Part shown: positions 63,655-64,000 of the stretch, in pieces | Layout of the letters: the number at the start of each line of letters is the position of its first letter | How positions within the stretch are numbered: the first letter of the stretch is position 1 | Source of the DNA: Anolis carolinensis | Lineage: Eukaryota | Reading direction: 5' to 3' | DNA length: 64,000 nt | NCBI RefSeq assembly: GCF_035594765.1 | Contig: NC_085842.1 | Span: forward strand, 30,976,782 to 31,040,781 | The notes under the pieces: model-generated | Told to the model about the DNA's origin: nothing | What the model saw: the letters and a program-made list of their open reading frames with translations, nothing else | Databases searched by the model: none | Translations under genes and position numbers: made by a program

Positions 63655-64000
63655 CTAGCTGTGCCCAGCCATGCATTGCTGTGGCGTTGTCTGGTGGTGT
63701 TGGTGAGAAATTTGAGTTAGTGGTATGGAATGTCTGTTCTATGGTTGTCTTTATGTTTAGTATGTACAGTACAGTCTTATCCAAGCCTCGCTTATCCAAG
63801 CCTCTGGATAATCCAAGCCATTTTTGTAGTCAAATGTTTTCAGTATATCATGATATTTTGGTGCTAAAGTCATAAATACAGTAATTACAACATAACATTA
63901 CTGCGTATTGAACTACTTTTTCTGTCAAATTTGTTGTATAACATGATGTTTTGGTGCTTAATTTGTAAAATCATAACCTAATTTGATGTTTAATACGCTT
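63655..64000 (-). mobile_element. 3' end of another Helitron, running off the window
   Basis: CTAGCTGTGCCCAGCCATGCATTGCTGTGGC terminus. Confidence 0.65.

Overview
This is vertebrate genomic DNA from a squamate reptile, probably Anolis, judged from Sauria SINEs, Anolis-type tRNA SINEs, R4/Dong, Penelope, CR1, L2, Helitron and many MITE families. It appears to lie in the MHC region. Two complete spliced genes can be rebuilt by hand on the + strand. GTF2H4 (TFIIH p52) has 13 coding exons at 451-14994 and encodes 460 aa. A type II membrane CLEC2/CD69-like C-type lectin receptor has 5 coding exons at 33020-41054 and encodes 230 aa. Three further CpG-rich promoter/first-exon islands lie at about 26.5-26.9, 50.6-51.0 and 59.05-59.6 kb. 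There are two main candidates for something new. (1) A probable host-transposase fusion gene: the CpG-island exon 50842-50991 can splice in frame onto an acceptor directly in front of a mariner transposase, whose DNA-binding half is clean and CpG-rich while its catalytic half is decayed. (2) A TA-flanked DNA transposon in lectin intron 2 that has captured the CpG-rich 5' end and most of coding exon 1 of ROCK2, fused in frame to a mariner HTH fragment. All calls come from reading the sequence and from recalled protein families; no searches were run.
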